DNA of 64,000 nt from Candidatus Omnitrophota bacterium (GCA_041663665.1 JBAYMG010000006.1:1918-65917), one strand, 5' to 3'; counted from the first letter of the stretch, positions 44,436 to 54,895 are shown. Numbers and translations: made by a program. The notes: generated from the sequence alone by a model not told the origin.

Positions 44436-47400
44436 TCAAATCTCCGATAGTAACAGGTTGCTGCTGTTTGTTCTTAAGGCTAGATATAATAATAAAGAAT
44501 AGCGGAATAAAAATAAGGTCGATAAATGTAGCTGAAATCATACCCCCGGTAACTGCCGTACCAATAGCATTCATGGCTCCGGCGCCTGCGCCAGTGGCAG
44601 TAGCCAAAGGCAGAGTTCCAAAGAAAAACGCCAGCGATGTCATGATAACCGGACGAAATCGGATTCTTACTGCCGCAAGAGTTGCTTCTACAAGCCCTAG
44701 CCTCTGATGCTGCATCTGTTCTTTTATAAACTGAATAATTAAAATTGCGTTCTTGGTTGAAAGCCCCATCGTCGTCAAAAATCCAATCTGGAAATAAACA
44801 TCATTAGGCAGACCGCGTAGGAAAGTTGCCATCAACGCACCAAACACGCCTAAAGGCAACATCAATAAATTGACAAAAGGAATGCTCCAGCTTTCATACA
44901 ACGCCGCCACACAAAGAAAAATTACTAGAATCGAAAACAAATAAAGTATTGGCCCCTGAGAAGTTGCCATTCGTTCCTGGTAAGAAAGCCCCGCCCAATC
45001 ATAACCAATACCTTTCGGCAATTTCGAAGAGATATCCTCCATAGCCTGCATAGCCTCACCGGAACTCCGATGCAAAGCAGGTTCACCCCAGATATTCAAA
45101 GAAGAGAATCCGTTAAAACGTTCCAACTGAGGAGAACCATACGTCCATCGCGTCGATGCAAACGATGTAAATGGAACCATTTTACCTGTGGTATTACGGA
45201 CATATAGTTTCTCTAAATCTTTAGGAAGCATACGATAAGGAGCATCAGCTTGAACATACACTCGCTTGACCCGTCCAGACTGAATAAAATCATTGGCATA
45301 CGCGCCGCCAAAAGCTGCCGAGATAGTGTTATGAATAGAATTAATAGGAAGACCTAAAACACCCGCCTTTTCCCAATCCACATCTACCCGAAACTGAGGC
45401 ACGTCTTCCATACCATTAGCCCTAACACTAGCTAACCGCGTATCCTTAGCCGACAGGTCAAGCAGCTGATTACGAGCATCCATCAAAGCCTCGTGGCCGA
45501 GTCCACCTCTGTCCACCAATTGAAAATCCACCCCTTGAGCATTACCTAACTCAATAACCGCAGGTGGAGAGAAAACAAAAACCGTGGCCTTACGGATATT
45601 GGGCGAAAAATTCTTCATGGCTCTTGCCGCTATAGCCTTAGCTTTCAAATCTTTCCGGGAACGCAGTTTCCAATCTTTTAATTTGACAAACACCATGCCA
45701 TTATTTTGTGCTCTTCCGGAGAATCCTGCGCCGGCAATCGTCATACAGGATTCAACTGCCTCCTTTTCATTATCTTGAAAATAACGCTGAACATCATCGG
45801 CAACAATCCGAGTCTGCTCAAGAGTAACTCCTGTTGGCATAAGAATCTGCGCCAATAGCATGCCCTGATCTTCATCCGGTATATATCCCGTAGGTAACCG
45901 AAAAAATAGAAAGCAAATCGTTCCCAAAATCACAACATAAACAAACAGATAACGCAATTTCTTAGTTAAAGAATGCCTTACAATCCAGACATAACCATCC
46001 CTAATCTTGAAAAAGACGCGATCGAACCAAAGAAAAAACGGGCGCAGGAACCAAATAGCATTTTCCGCTGACTCATGGCCTCTAGGAACAGGCTTAAGCA
46101 ATGAGGCACAAAGTACCGGAGTCAAAATCAAAGCAACAATCACAGATAAAATCATGGAAGCAATAATGGTAACAGAAAACTGGCGATAAATAACACCCGT
46201 AGATCCGGCAAAAAATGCCATAGGGCCAAAAACCGCCGCCAGCACCAAACCAATACCAATCAGGGCACTAGTGATCTGCCCCATAGACTTAGCAGTAGCA
46301 TCCCGAGGAGAAAGCCCCTCCTCGCTCATAATTCTTTCTACATTTTCCACTACAACAATAGCATCATCCACCAATAAACCGATAGCCAACACCATCGCAA
46401 ACATGGTTAACATATTGATTGAGAAACCGAACAAACCTAACACTGCGAAGGTACCCAAAAGAACCACTGGTACTGCAATAGTCGGAATCAGCGTAGCCCG
46501 CAAGTTCCCCATAAACAAAAACATAACTAGAAAAACTAACAAAATTGCCTCAAGAAGAGTCTTAATTACTTCATCGATAGCTACCTTCACAAAAGGCGTA
46601 GTATCGTAAGGATACACTACCTTCATGCCTTGAGGGAAATACTGGCTCATCTCTTTCATTTTCGCCTTAATCGCATCTGCCGTATCCAACGCATTAGCTC
46701 CCGGAGCCTGACGAATAGCCATAGCAGCAGAAGGCTTACCATTATAAGAGCCTTCAACATCATAAGACTCAGTGCCCAATTCTGTCCTGCCAACATCTTT
46801 GATCCGTATAATGGAACCATCGGGATTAGTCCGAAGCGGAATATTGGCAAATTCATCCGGAGTCTGGAGTAAATTCTGAATAATAATCGAAGCGTTTAAG
46901 CGCTGGCCGGATACTGCCGGAAGGCCACCAAACTGACCAGAGGAAACCTCGACGTTATAAACCCGCACCGAGCCAATAATATCTTCCATAGTCAGTTTAT
47001 AATCATTCAGCTTATCAGGATTCAACCAAACACGCATTGAATATTGCGAACCAAAATTCTCAACTTCACCGACTCCGGGCACACGCGCTAACACCTTTTC
47101 CAGGTTAGACTGAGCATAATCCCGCAGATCATTACCATCCATGCTGCCGTCCTCCGAAATCAGGCCGACGATAATCAGATAATTACGCGTAGATTTGCTA
47201 ACCTTAACGCCTGAACGCTGGACCGCTTCCGGGAGACTAGCCATAGCAAGCTGGAGTTTATTTTGCACCTTGGACCAAGCAAGATCCGGATCAGCCCCGG
47301 CCCTAAAGGTTAATTCAATACGGGAAGAACCAGCCGAATCACTTTTTGCAGACATATAAAGTAAATCTTCAAATCCGGTCATCTTTTGCTCGATAATCTG

Positions 47401-47589
47401 AGTCACGGTATTTTCTACCGTTTCAGCTGAGGCCCCCGGATAAACAGAACTAATGGCAATAGAAGGCGGCGCAATAGGAGGATACTGCGATATGGGCAAT
47501 TGAGAGATAGACAATAAACCCAGTACCATCAAAATAATGGCAATAACCCAGGCAAAAACCGGACGATCAAGAAAAAATCTGGATATCAT
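44410..47589 (-). CDS. RND multidrug efflux permease (AcrB/MexB family)
   Basis: 1059 aa, 12 TMs and two large periplasmic loops with family-wide conservation. Confidence 0.95.
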   Translation of the reverse strand: MISRFFLDRPVFAWVIAIILMVLGLLSISQLPISQYPPIAPPSIAISSVYPGASAETVENTVTQIIEQKMTGFEDLLYMSAKSDSAGSSRIELTFRAGADPDLAWSKVQNKLQLAMASLPEAVQRSGVKVSKSTRNYLIIVGLISEDGSMDGNDLRDYAQSNLEKVLARVPGVGEVENFGSQYSMRVWLNPDKLNDYKLTMEDIIGSVRVYNVEVSSGQFGGLPAVSGQRLNASIIIQNLLQTPDEFANIPLRTNPDGSIIRIKDVGRTELGTESYDVEGSYNGKPSAAMAIRQAPGANALDTADAIKAKMKEMSQYFPQGMKVVYPYDTTPFVKVAIDEVIKTLLEAILLVFLVMFLFMGNLRATLIPTIAVPVVLLGTFAVLGLFGFSINMLTMFAMVLAIGLLVDDAIVVVENVERIMSEEGLSPRDATAKSMGQITSALIGIGLVLAAVFGPMAFFAGSTGVIYRQFSVTIIASMILSVIVALILTPVLCASLLKPVPRGHESAENAIWFLRPFFLWFDRVFFKIRDGYVWIVRHSLTKKLRYLFVYVVILGTICFLFFRLPTGYIPDEDQGMLLAQILMPTGVTLEQTRIVADDVQRYFQDNEKEAVESCMTIAGAGFSGRAQNNGMVFVKLKDWKLRSRKDLKAKAIAARAMKNFSPNIRKATVFVFSPPAVIELGNAQGVDFQLVDRGGLGHEALMDARNQLLDLSAKDTRLASVRANGMEDVPQFRVDVDWEKAGVLGLPINSIHNTISAAFGGAYANDFIQSGRVKRVYVQADAPYRMLPKDLEKLYVRNTTGKMVPFTSFASTRWTYGSPQLERFNGFSSLNIWGEPALHRSSGEAMQAMEDISSKLPKGIGYDWAGLSYQERMATSQGPILYLFSILVIFLCVAALYESWSIPFVNLLMLPLGVFGALMATFLRGLPNDVYFQIGFLTTMGLSTKNAILIIQFIKEQMQHQRLGLVEATLAAVRIRFRPVIMTSLAFFFGTLPLATATGAGAGAMNAIGTAVTGGMISATFIDLIFIPLFFIIISSLKNKQQQPVTIGDLNVGPGKKQ

Positions 47590-47655
47590 AGTTTTCTCCG
47601 TTTAATGCATATTCGAAATTATCCAAGCCACTCTCTTTAAACAACTAAAACTATC

Positions 47656-48759
47656 TTAGCCACCGGAGTCAAGCGGAACAATCTTTACTGAAATGCCAGG
47701 CTTTACTTTTTGAAGTCCCTCAACAATTATCCGGTCACCAGAATTAATCCCTGAAGAAACAAGCCATTTATCACCAATAGCCCGATCAAGCGTAAGCATC
47801 CGCTGCTGAACTTTACTTTCAGCATCTACAATTAGCGTAATAGGTTCGCCTTTCGGATTACGAGAAACTCCTTGCTGAGGAATAAGAATAGCCTGCTCAT
47901 TGACACCTTCTGTAATAATTGCCCGGACAAACATACCCGGTAAAAGAATATTTTTCGGATTTGGGAAAATCACCCGCAGAATAACTGAACCAGTAGTTGA
48001 ATCCACTGTAATATCCTGGAACTGAAAAGTCCCATCCAAAGGATACGGTGTACCGTCTCCTAGAATAAGCTTTACCTTATTCTGATTAGCTACATCATGC
48101 TTAAGGCGCCCATCCTCTAAACTACGCTCCAGGCGTAGTAACTCCGTAGTAGACTGTGGGATATCTACATAAATAGGATCTAACTGCTGAATAGTCGCTA
48201 AAGCTGTAGGTTGATATGCTGTCACAATATCGCCATCTGTTACAGTAGAAGCTCCAATACGGCCGGAGATTGGTGAAACAATTGTAGTATAATTAAGATT
48301 GATCTTGGCTGTTTGAAGCTCTGCTTCTGCTTGTTTTAAAGCGGCATCCGCATCATCAAATTCCTGCTGACTGACCGCTTTATCAATTAATGCTTCCTTA
48401 TAACGATCAGCTCTCAACTTAAGGGCAGGGAGATTAGCTTTGGCTTTATCAAATACTGCCTGAAATGGAGCCGGATCAATCTGATAAAGTACCTGGCCAG
48501 CCTTTATTTCAGAGCCTTCGATAAATAACCGTTTTTGAATAAGGCCATTGATCTGAGGACGAATTTCATCAACAAGAAAAGCAGCTGTGCGCCCAGACAA
48601 TTCAGTAGTCATAACTAACCGCTCAGGACGCATATAAACTACAGAGACCTTAGGGTCCTGAGGCAAAGATACATCCTTCTTTGTACAACCAGTTATCGTC
48701 GTCAAGGTCAAGAATAAAATACCCAGAAATAAAACAACGGGATTTAATTTACTTTGCAT
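47656..48759 (-). CDS. RND-efflux membrane fusion lipoprotein (AcrA/MexA family)
   Basis: Lipobox ITGC; MFP lipoyl, beta-barrel and MP domains. Confidence 0.85.
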   Translation of the reverse strand: MQSKLNPVVLFLGILFLTLTTITGCTKKDVSLPQDPKVSVVYMRPERLVMTTELSGRTAAFLVDEIRPQINGLIQKRLFIEGSEIKAGQVLYQIDPAPFQAVFDKAKANLPALKLRADRYKEALIDKAVSQQEFDDADAALKQAEAELQTAKINLNYTTIVSPISGRIGASTVTDGDIVTAYQPTALATIQQLDPIYVDIPQSTTELLRLERSLEDGRLKHDVANQNKVKLILGDGTPYPLDGTFQFQDITVDSTTGSVILRVIFPNPKNILLPGMFVRAIITEGVNEQAILIPQQGVSRNPKGEPITLIVDAESKVQQRMLTLDRAIGDKWLVSSGINSGDRIIVEGLQKVKPGISVKIVPLDSGG

Positions 48760-48784
48760 TTTTTCTCCAAGTAACATTGTATTG

Positions 48785-49027
48785 CTATTTATTGTTAGAA
48801 ACTGCTTCTTTTAAATTAGCGACATGTTCCTCAAAAAACTTCAAAAATTTATTAAACTCATTTTCGGGAACAAGGCTGATTAATTTATCATGATGAGGCG
48901 GACCAGAAATAACAATAACATTATCCCCCGGCTTAATACCCATTGCCTTCCTCGCTTCTGCCGGAATAACAATCTGCCCTTTAGTCCCCACAGGTACCTT
49001 ACCGTAAAACTTTTTCGGATTACTCAT
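48785..49027 (-). CDS. AbrB/SpoVT-family looped-hinge-helix DNA-binding protein
   Basis: KGQIVIPAEARKAMGIKPGDNV swapped-hairpin motif. Sits directly upstream of the RND operon. Confidence 0.75.
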   Translation of the reverse strand: MSNPKKFYGKVPVGTKGQIVIPAEARKAMGIKPGDNVIVISGPPHHDKLISLVPENEFNKFLKFFEEHVANLKEAVSNNK

Positions 49028-49163
49028 CTATTAACCTCCCCTTAATTTTTCCCAAGAACTTAGTATTACTAGTATGAAATGTATTACTTTCTATACAAAA
49101 TTTACCATAAACCACAATTATTGTCAATATTATTTTCTAAGAAAAGATATTTCTCAATATCAA

Positions 49164-50387
49164 TCAATAATCTGAAGCAACGCAGCGAATTCCCTTTCCT
49201 TGCAATAAGTCCAAGGCTTGTCTAATCCTTGTCAGAATCATCTCCCCTGGAATTTTATTACTCATCCCGGAAGAAAAAGAATCATGCCCCTCATAATATG
49301 CGAAAAAAAGAGCAGCATCGAAATCTATCGTTTCTACAGCATCCAGAGTTTCCTGAAAATCTTTTTCGGTTTCTGAGGGAAAACCAACTATGAGTTGTGT
49401 ATCAAGCCGTAATTTTGGTTGTAATTTTTTAAATTTTATTAATATTTCTGTTATCTCTTCAATTTTATAATGCCTATTCATCAGCTCTAATATTCTGTTA
49501 CTGCCTGATTGTATAGGACAAATTATATATGCTATCTTCCCCTTAACAATATATTCTGACAAAAAATCGTTATATTTAATAGCCCATTTTGGATCTAATC
49601 CATAGAGAGCCCAACTCACCGATAACCCCTTATCAACTTCTGATAAACTCTTAAGTAATTCCGGAAAAGTACTGCCAAAATCTAATCCATAAGCACCTAA
49701 GTTATCAGCGTTCAACTCAAAATTACGATACCCTTGCTTCAATAATAAGCTGTACTCGCGCACACATTCATTAATTTTTTTACTTTTTAATCTTCCAACA
49801 GCCCGGAATATAGTACAATAAGCACAACACTCTAGGCATCCGGAACTTATCCGCAACACAACTTTCTTAGTTTTTAATTTTATATATTGGGTTATAAATC
49901 TCAGGCTTAAAACTCTCCTTAACATAGCCCCGTGCCTTAAACACTTCTCAAGGATCCCTTTAATAAATACAAATTTTGAAACGAAACGCTGCAGCAACGG
50001 AATAGGCACCTGATATAGAAAGTGAGCATCCGGGACACTGTTAAATTTTACTTTAAAATCATTAAATAGGGCATCTATCTGATCCAGGTTTCTTGTTTCG
50101 ATAATTCTACCCTTAAATACTTCCTTGAGGCGATTCGGAGATATGTCTGGCAGGCAACCAATAATTATTAACTCACCCTTACATTTTAAAAACTTGTTTA
50201 TTTCTCTCAAACATTCTTCTTCTTTTGTTTTCTTAAAACAACAGGTAACAAAAATAATATAATCTGCGGTTTTTTCGGTTTTTACAATAACACAATTGTT
50301 TAATTTAAAAAAATTATCTAATCTAGTAGAATCTAGCGATCTTCTATCGCACCCATTTGTAATAATAAATACTCTCTTTTTATTCAT
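49164..50387 (-). CDS. radical SAM protein with MiaB/RimO-like methylthiotransferase N-terminal domain
   Basis: VFIITNGCDRR MTTase-N-like motif; CLECCAYC (CxxxCxxC). AT-rich gene. Confidence 0.6.
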   Translation of the reverse strand: MNKKRVFIITNGCDRRSLDSTRLDNFFKLNNCVIVKTEKTADYIIFVTCCFKKTKEEECLREINKFLKCKGELIIIGCLPDISPNRLKEVFKGRIIETRNLDQIDALFNDFKVKFNSVPDAHFLYQVPIPLLQRFVSKFVFIKGILEKCLRHGAMLRRVLSLRFITQYIKLKTKKVVLRISSGCLECCAYCTIFRAVGRLKSKKINECVREYSLLLKQGYRNFELNADNLGAYGLDFGSTFPELLKSLSEVDKGLSVSWALYGLDPKWAIKYNDFLSEYIVKGKIAYIICPIQSGSNRILELMNRHYKIEEITEILIKFKKLQPKLRLDTQLIVGFPSETEKDFQETLDAVETIDFDAALFFAYYEGHDSFSSGMSNKIPGEMILTRIRQALDLLQGKGIRCVASDY

Positions 50388-50701
50388 TGGGAATACCTCT
50401 TAAGAACCAAACACAGGCATTTCCGCGTCCAACCCTAAAACCCCGATGTCGCACTTCCGAACATTACCGCCCGTATCTTTTAACGAAAATAATAAAGAAC
50501 TTCTATTTCAACTTCTTACCGCAAAAGCTTTTACACCTGCATAACATTCGATTGCAGCAGGATACTCACAATAATTTATTATAGCACTACCAAATAATAA
50601 TACAATTTTACGTTTAGATTAAAAATTAAGAATGTAATTCGATAATATCCATAAATCTTTCATTGGGGAATCAACTAGTCTTTCTAAACTTCAAAAGCTG
50701 A

Positions 50702-52369
50702 TTATTTAGGCAGGATTTCAATCTTTAAAATATATTCATTCCCGATAACCTTTAACACTGTATATTTAAATTCCCCGGGAGAAAACCGCTCAATATCTTT
50801 TACAGAATTCTTTTTTAAAATACAATAAGTAACTTTTTGTTTACGCAGGAAATCAAGTAACTTATCTCTAGTATTCAAGAAAAGTATAGGATGCGGACTA
50901 AAAAAAGGCGTACCCGGCATATCAATCACCGCCACCTCTTTGTCTGTATAATATTTTACTCCACGCACGAAAAACTTCGAGCTTAAAATAGCATTATCAA
51001 TCTTATAATTCTTAAGCAGATATTCGCTGGATTCTTTAGGAGAAAGATAAGGTTCAATACTATTACGAACAAGCGGGATAGAATATATCATTAGTGGAAC
51101 AAACAAAGCAAGACAGTAAATACTTTTTATTAATTTCCTCCTAAGCATCAAGAGAAGAATAACCAACCCAAAAACTAGGAATATATATATAAATAAATTA
51201 GTAACCAATTTCCCTGGAATATACGGGTTTAAATAATATTCAAACCAGACAGAAGCAATAATTAAGGCTGCCGGTACTAAAAAAATAACAAGTAAACTAA
51301 AGGATAGGGCCCAATAAACCTGAGGATTCTTCTCTTTCTGTTCAATTGCATCAATAATAAATCCTCCACAAAGAAGGCCAAGTGCCGGAAAAAGCGGGAA
51401 TATATAGCTCACCAGCTTAGAATGCGCGCTCTGAAAAACCATAAATACAACAGTAATCAGGCAAATCAGAAACAAATAGAATGAATTATCTTTAAGTTTT
51501 AAATAATTCGGAAGAGAAAATAACGAAATAATCAAAAATACGCTCCAAGGGAAAATACAGCTAACCATAGACAAAGGATAAAAATACCAAGTATCATTAC
51601 TACAGTGCTCCGCCTCAATAAGCCTCCTAAAGTGATCGTTATAAAAAAACTCACGAATAAAAGTATTCCCGTATAACTTAAACATCAGGCTATACCAGGG
51701 AAAGGAGACTAAAGAAAAAAGCACTAGCCCCCAAATAAAATACTGATTAAACAAAAATTTTATATCTTTTTTTATTAATAAAAATGTTACTATAGTTAAC
51801 AATGGAATGGCTAGCCCTAGTGGGCCTTTGCTTAAAACCGCTAAAGCCGAAAAAACAAAAAATAGTAATGTTCCTAGGCTTTTCCTGTTCCTAAAAGAAT
51901 AGCCCCAATAAAAAGATAGTAGGGATAAAAGAATAAAAACAGAAAAAATCAAATCCGTAAATACTGTCCGCGCCAAACCTATATAGAGACCGCTAGTCAT
52001 TAAAATAACTGCTGAAATGAATGCCTTCTTCTTATTCTTAAAACCACATACCCCTAGAAGATAAGTTGCCACTACCCCAACCATCCCTAATAATGCAGGA
52101 AAAAATCTGGCAGCAAAACTTGTCAAACCAAAGATCATGAAAGCGATCCTTAAAAACCAATAAAGAAGAATAGGCTTTTCAAACTGTGGCTGGCCAAATA
52201 AATACGGGGTCATCCAACTGTGAAGCTGAACCATCTCTTTGGCAGTTTGGGTATAAAAAACCTCATCCGGTATAGTCAAGCTAAGCAAGCCGTTACCAAA
52301 CATAAAACAAAAATACGATAATATGATTAACAGGATAACCTGCTTTATTGTCTTTTTATTGCTTTCCAT
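50702..52369 (-). CDS. glycosyltransferase family 39 (ArnT/PMT-like, undecaprenyl-phosphate-sugar-dependent), polytopic
   Basis: N-terminal DE-containing loop (IPDEVFYTQTAKEM), about 13 TMs and a C-terminal periplasmic domain. Confidence 0.75.
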   Translation of the reverse strand: MESNKKTIKQVILLIILSYFCFMFGNGLLSLTIPDEVFYTQTAKEMVQLHSWMTPYLFGQPQFEKPILLYWFLRIAFMIFGLTSFAARFFPALLGMVGVVATYLLGVCGFKNKKKAFISAVILMTSGLYIGLARTVFTDLIFSVFILLSLLSFYWGYSFRNRKSLGTLLFFVFSALAVLSKGPLGLAIPLLTIVTFLLIKKDIKFLFNQYFIWGLVLFSLVSFPWYSLMFKLYGNTFIREFFYNDHFRRLIEAEHCSNDTWYFYPLSMVSCIFPWSVFLIISLFSLPNYLKLKDNSFYLFLICLITVVFMVFQSAHSKLVSYIFPLFPALGLLCGGFIIDAIEQKEKNPQVYWALSFSLLVIFLVPAALIIASVWFEYYLNPYIPGKLVTNLFIYIFLVFGLVILLLMLRRKLIKSIYCLALFVPLMIYSIPLVRNSIEPYLSPKESSEYLLKNYKIDNAILSSKFFVRGVKYYTDKEVAVIDMPGTPFFSPHPILFLNTRDKLLDFLRKQKVTYCILKKNSVKDIERFSPGEFKYTVLKVIGNEYILKIEILPK

Positions 52370-53111
52370 TTATTTTATGTAATTCTAAAAGCTCACTAAT
52401 AGTTACAAACCTATAGCCCTTATCTTTTAATTTCTCAATTAGCCTGGGTATAGTTTTTACCGTCTCTTCCCTATTACCATTGTCTGGATGGAAAACACCG
52501 CCGCTATCATGAAAAAGCAAAATATCCCCCGGCCTTACATAATGTAATATATACTTTATAATATAACGATCATCAAAATTAACCCAATCTTTAGAATTTA
52601 ATGACCAAAGAACTGTCTCATACCCTATTCTCTTAATTTCTTTCTTTTCTCTGGCGGTAAGCCAAGCTTTAGGCGGCCGAAAATATTTTGTGGTTATCCC
52701 GACTGCTTTATATATTTCTTCCTGGGTATCTCTTATCTCTTTATCCAACTCCTCTGTTTTATAATAAAAAATACCGTGGTGGTCATAAGTATGATTACCT
52801 ATCTCATGGCCTTCATCCGCTACGCGCTTAGCCAAATCCGGATACAATTTTACATGCTCGCCGATCATAAAAAATGTAGCTTTAACTTGCGCGGCTTTAA
52901 GCGCATCTAAAATTTCCGGGGTCCATTTAGGAGATGGCCCATCATCAAAAGTAATAGCCACCACCCTTTCTGAAACAGGAACGTGGTAAATCGTATTTTT
53001 TCTTACAATTACTGACTGGTCAAAAAATACAGTAAGTAAGCCTGCTGTTAAAACAATAAAAAAAGCGGCTAAAATTAAAATAAATATAATCCTTTTCATA
53101 AGTTTAAGCAT
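52356..53111 (-). CDS. polysaccharide deacetylase (NodB homology domain) with N-terminal TM anchor
   Basis: AITFDDGP catalytic motif, HTYDH metal-binding His. Confidence 0.85.
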   Translation of the reverse strand: MLKLMKRIIFILILAAFFIVLTAGLLTVFFDQSVIVRKNTIYHVPVSERVVAITFDDGPSPKWTPEILDALKAAQVKATFFMIGEHVKLYPDLAKRVADEGHEIGNHTYDHHGIFYYKTEELDKEIRDTQEEIYKAVGITTKYFRPPKAWLTAREKKEIKRIGYETVLWSLNSKDWVNFDDRYIIKYILHYVRPGDILLFHDSGGVFHPDNGNREETVKTIPRLIEKLKDKGYRFVTISELLELHKINGKQ

Positions 53112-53228
53112 AACCGGTTCCCTCTGTTAAGATTAAATCATTTAAATTTAAAATAGAAAGAGATTGCTTAAAAAAACTGCAGTTATTTCTGACCGAATAA
53201 CTCATCTTCTCATTCTTATTTATCAACT

Positions 53229-53558
53229 TTATTTTTTACCAGATTCTTTGGTTGTCTTAATAATTTTTCTTACACTTTCAGCGACATTACTTCCCACTTT
53301 AAGCGCAACCTCCAACTCATCATTAACCTCCAAAGACGAAATTGCCTTCAGGGTAACCACTATAGTCTTTTCTGTCCCCGTTTTATTTTCTTTTACCAAT
53401 ATCTCATTCTTTACGGCATTAATAGAGATAATTTTACCTCTAACAATCTCAGTTCTGACTTCGTTTTTTTTCAAGCTGGTTGCCGTTTGAGCAGAACTCA
53501 ACGTAACCATTCCGCATATTAAAAATAATACAGCTAAAATAACAGTTTTATTTTTCAT
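53229..53558 (-). CDS. small secreted Lys-rich hypothetical protein
   Basis: Signal peptide ending SSAQTA. Confidence 0.4.
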   Translation of the reverse strand: MKNKTVILAVLFLICGMVTLSSAQTATSLKKNEVRTEIVRGKIISINAVKNEILVKENKTGTEKTIVVTLKAISSLEVNDELEVALKVGSNVAESVRKIIKTTKESGKK

Positions 53559-53623
53559 ATTTAATATCCTTTTTAAATATAATGATTCCGATTAATATTG
53601 AATCTTCAATTAGATCTTAGCTT

Positions 53624-53914
53624 TTAGGAAAAAATTATCGGGTTAAAGGGCGGGGATTTTTCATGTCTTTCCAGATACGCCATAAATGATTTAGGCGGAA
53701 TCGCGGTACTATGCTCATACAAAACTCCTGATTGAAACAAAATTCCAGCAAAAAGTTCATCATACCTGAAAAAACCATCTATATCGCAGAATATATCCAA
53801 TGCCGAATCTTCATCATCACAAGCCGCCGTAAAGAAAGCTATAAGAAAAACTGATAATACAAAAACTAAAATTAATTTTAAAAAGCCAAATTTTTCCATT
53901 TTTGAAAATGACAC
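53624..53914 (-). CDS. hypothetical small membrane protein
   Basis: ORF with one TM. Weak support. Confidence 0.3.
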   Translation of the reverse strand: MSFSKMEKFGFLKLILVFVLSVFLIAFFTAACDDEDSALDIFCDIDGFFRYDELFAGILFQSGVLYEHSTAIPPKSFMAYLERHEKSPPFNPIIFS

Positions 53915-53957
53915 CCATCGTATAATCCTGAAGGAAGATTCTTTTAATCTATAGAGT

Positions 53958-54080
53958 CAATTATAAACTCAATGCCTTACTATATCAAGAGCATTCTAGA
54001 CTTAAGAGAGACAAATTATTGTGGCCTCCCGTAGTATTTTACAAAACTAATCATATCTGATTATAAAGCTTATTTTACCA
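53958..54080. repeat. mosaic intergenic repeat (family also at 54840-54895 and 62110-62190)
   Basis: The blocks ccttaNtatatcaagagNattctNgaNttaa and ttatYgtggcctcYcgtaK...acaaaRNtaat...attataRRgcttaat are shared between the three sites in permuted order. Confidence 0.6.
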
Positions 54081-54183
54081 TTAGGAATCGTATCTTATTA
54101 AGAGAATTTTAGATTAATCCCTGCGAGCAATTCTTAAGCCTAAAGCAACCATGTTCAGAATAAAAATTCACCTAAAAAATAAT

Positions 54184-54610
54184 TACTTTAATCATCGGAT
54201 TCAGTGACGGCCGTAATTTCCTACTATCAATGGCAGCTTTATTTTTTAGCGGAGTTTTCGACGGAGTCAGTATGGTCATCCGGCGTTCCATGGTAAGGCT
54301 ACTTTCTCCGGATGAATTACGCGGGCGGGTTGCTTCGGCTAACTGGATTTTTGTCTGCGCTTCTAACGAATTAGGGCTTTCGAAAGCGGGATATTGGCTG
54401 CCTGGTGGCACAATTCCCTGCGTAGCCGTAGGAGGCGTTATTACTCTTGAGATAGTAGCTTTAACCGCGGGTATCGCCAAACAATTGCGTAATTTACATT
54501 TCGATATCTATACGCTCGAACAAAAAAAATACCCCAGCGCCGCCTTTCCCGTATTAGATCAGAAAAACACTGACATTTTACAGAATAACCGTCTATTAAA
54601 AAAGTATTAG
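54184..54610 (+). pseudogene. C-terminal fragment of an MFS_3 (EntS-like) transporter, GC-rich foreign remnant
   Basis: Translation FSGVFDGVSMVIRRSMVRLLSPDELRGRV matches the last TMs of enterobactin-exporter-type MFS. The frame opens at a stop with no N-terminal 300 aa. GC is about 50% versus a much lower surrounding value. The only plus-strand coding sequence in the window. Confidence 0.5.
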
Positions 54611-54768
54611 CAAGCTTACTAAAAAAATAGCGCTGCTTGATTATCAAAGCAACGCTATTCAGAAAGACTTTCTAGATTTATTAAATACGAAGACTTAAAA
54701 CTTGTGCAAAACCTACTAGATTGCCTATAAATAATCCAGAGAGGCCAGCTTTAAAAATGGAGGGACAT

Positions 54769-54805
54769 AAAAATAGCGTTGATCTTATTTAAGAATCAAC
54801 GCTAT
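54769..54805 (-). terminator. intrinsic terminator downstream of glnK
   Basis: Minus-strand RNA AUAGCGUUGAU-loop-AUCAACGCUAU (11-bp perfect stem) followed by UUUUU. It is preceded by a second hairpin, CCUCUU-AAUGG-AAGAGG. Confidence 0.55.
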
Positions 54806-54895
54806 AAAACTACAAGCCTCTTCCATTAAGAGGTAGTTTATCGTGGCCTCTCTCGTATCGCACAAAGTTAATTATAGGCTTAATACCTTACCCTA

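Noticed and set aside
50387-50584. 65-aa plus-strand ORF in the gap upstream of the GT39 gene
   Set aside because: No RBS, no domain, and it runs against the local transcription direction. Region kept as possible regulatory DNA only.
54172-54480. 102-aa minus-strand ORF
   Set aside because: Antisense to the GC-rich MFS fragment. Pro/Ser/Thr-rich and without a start context; the plus-strand frame has clear MFS homology.
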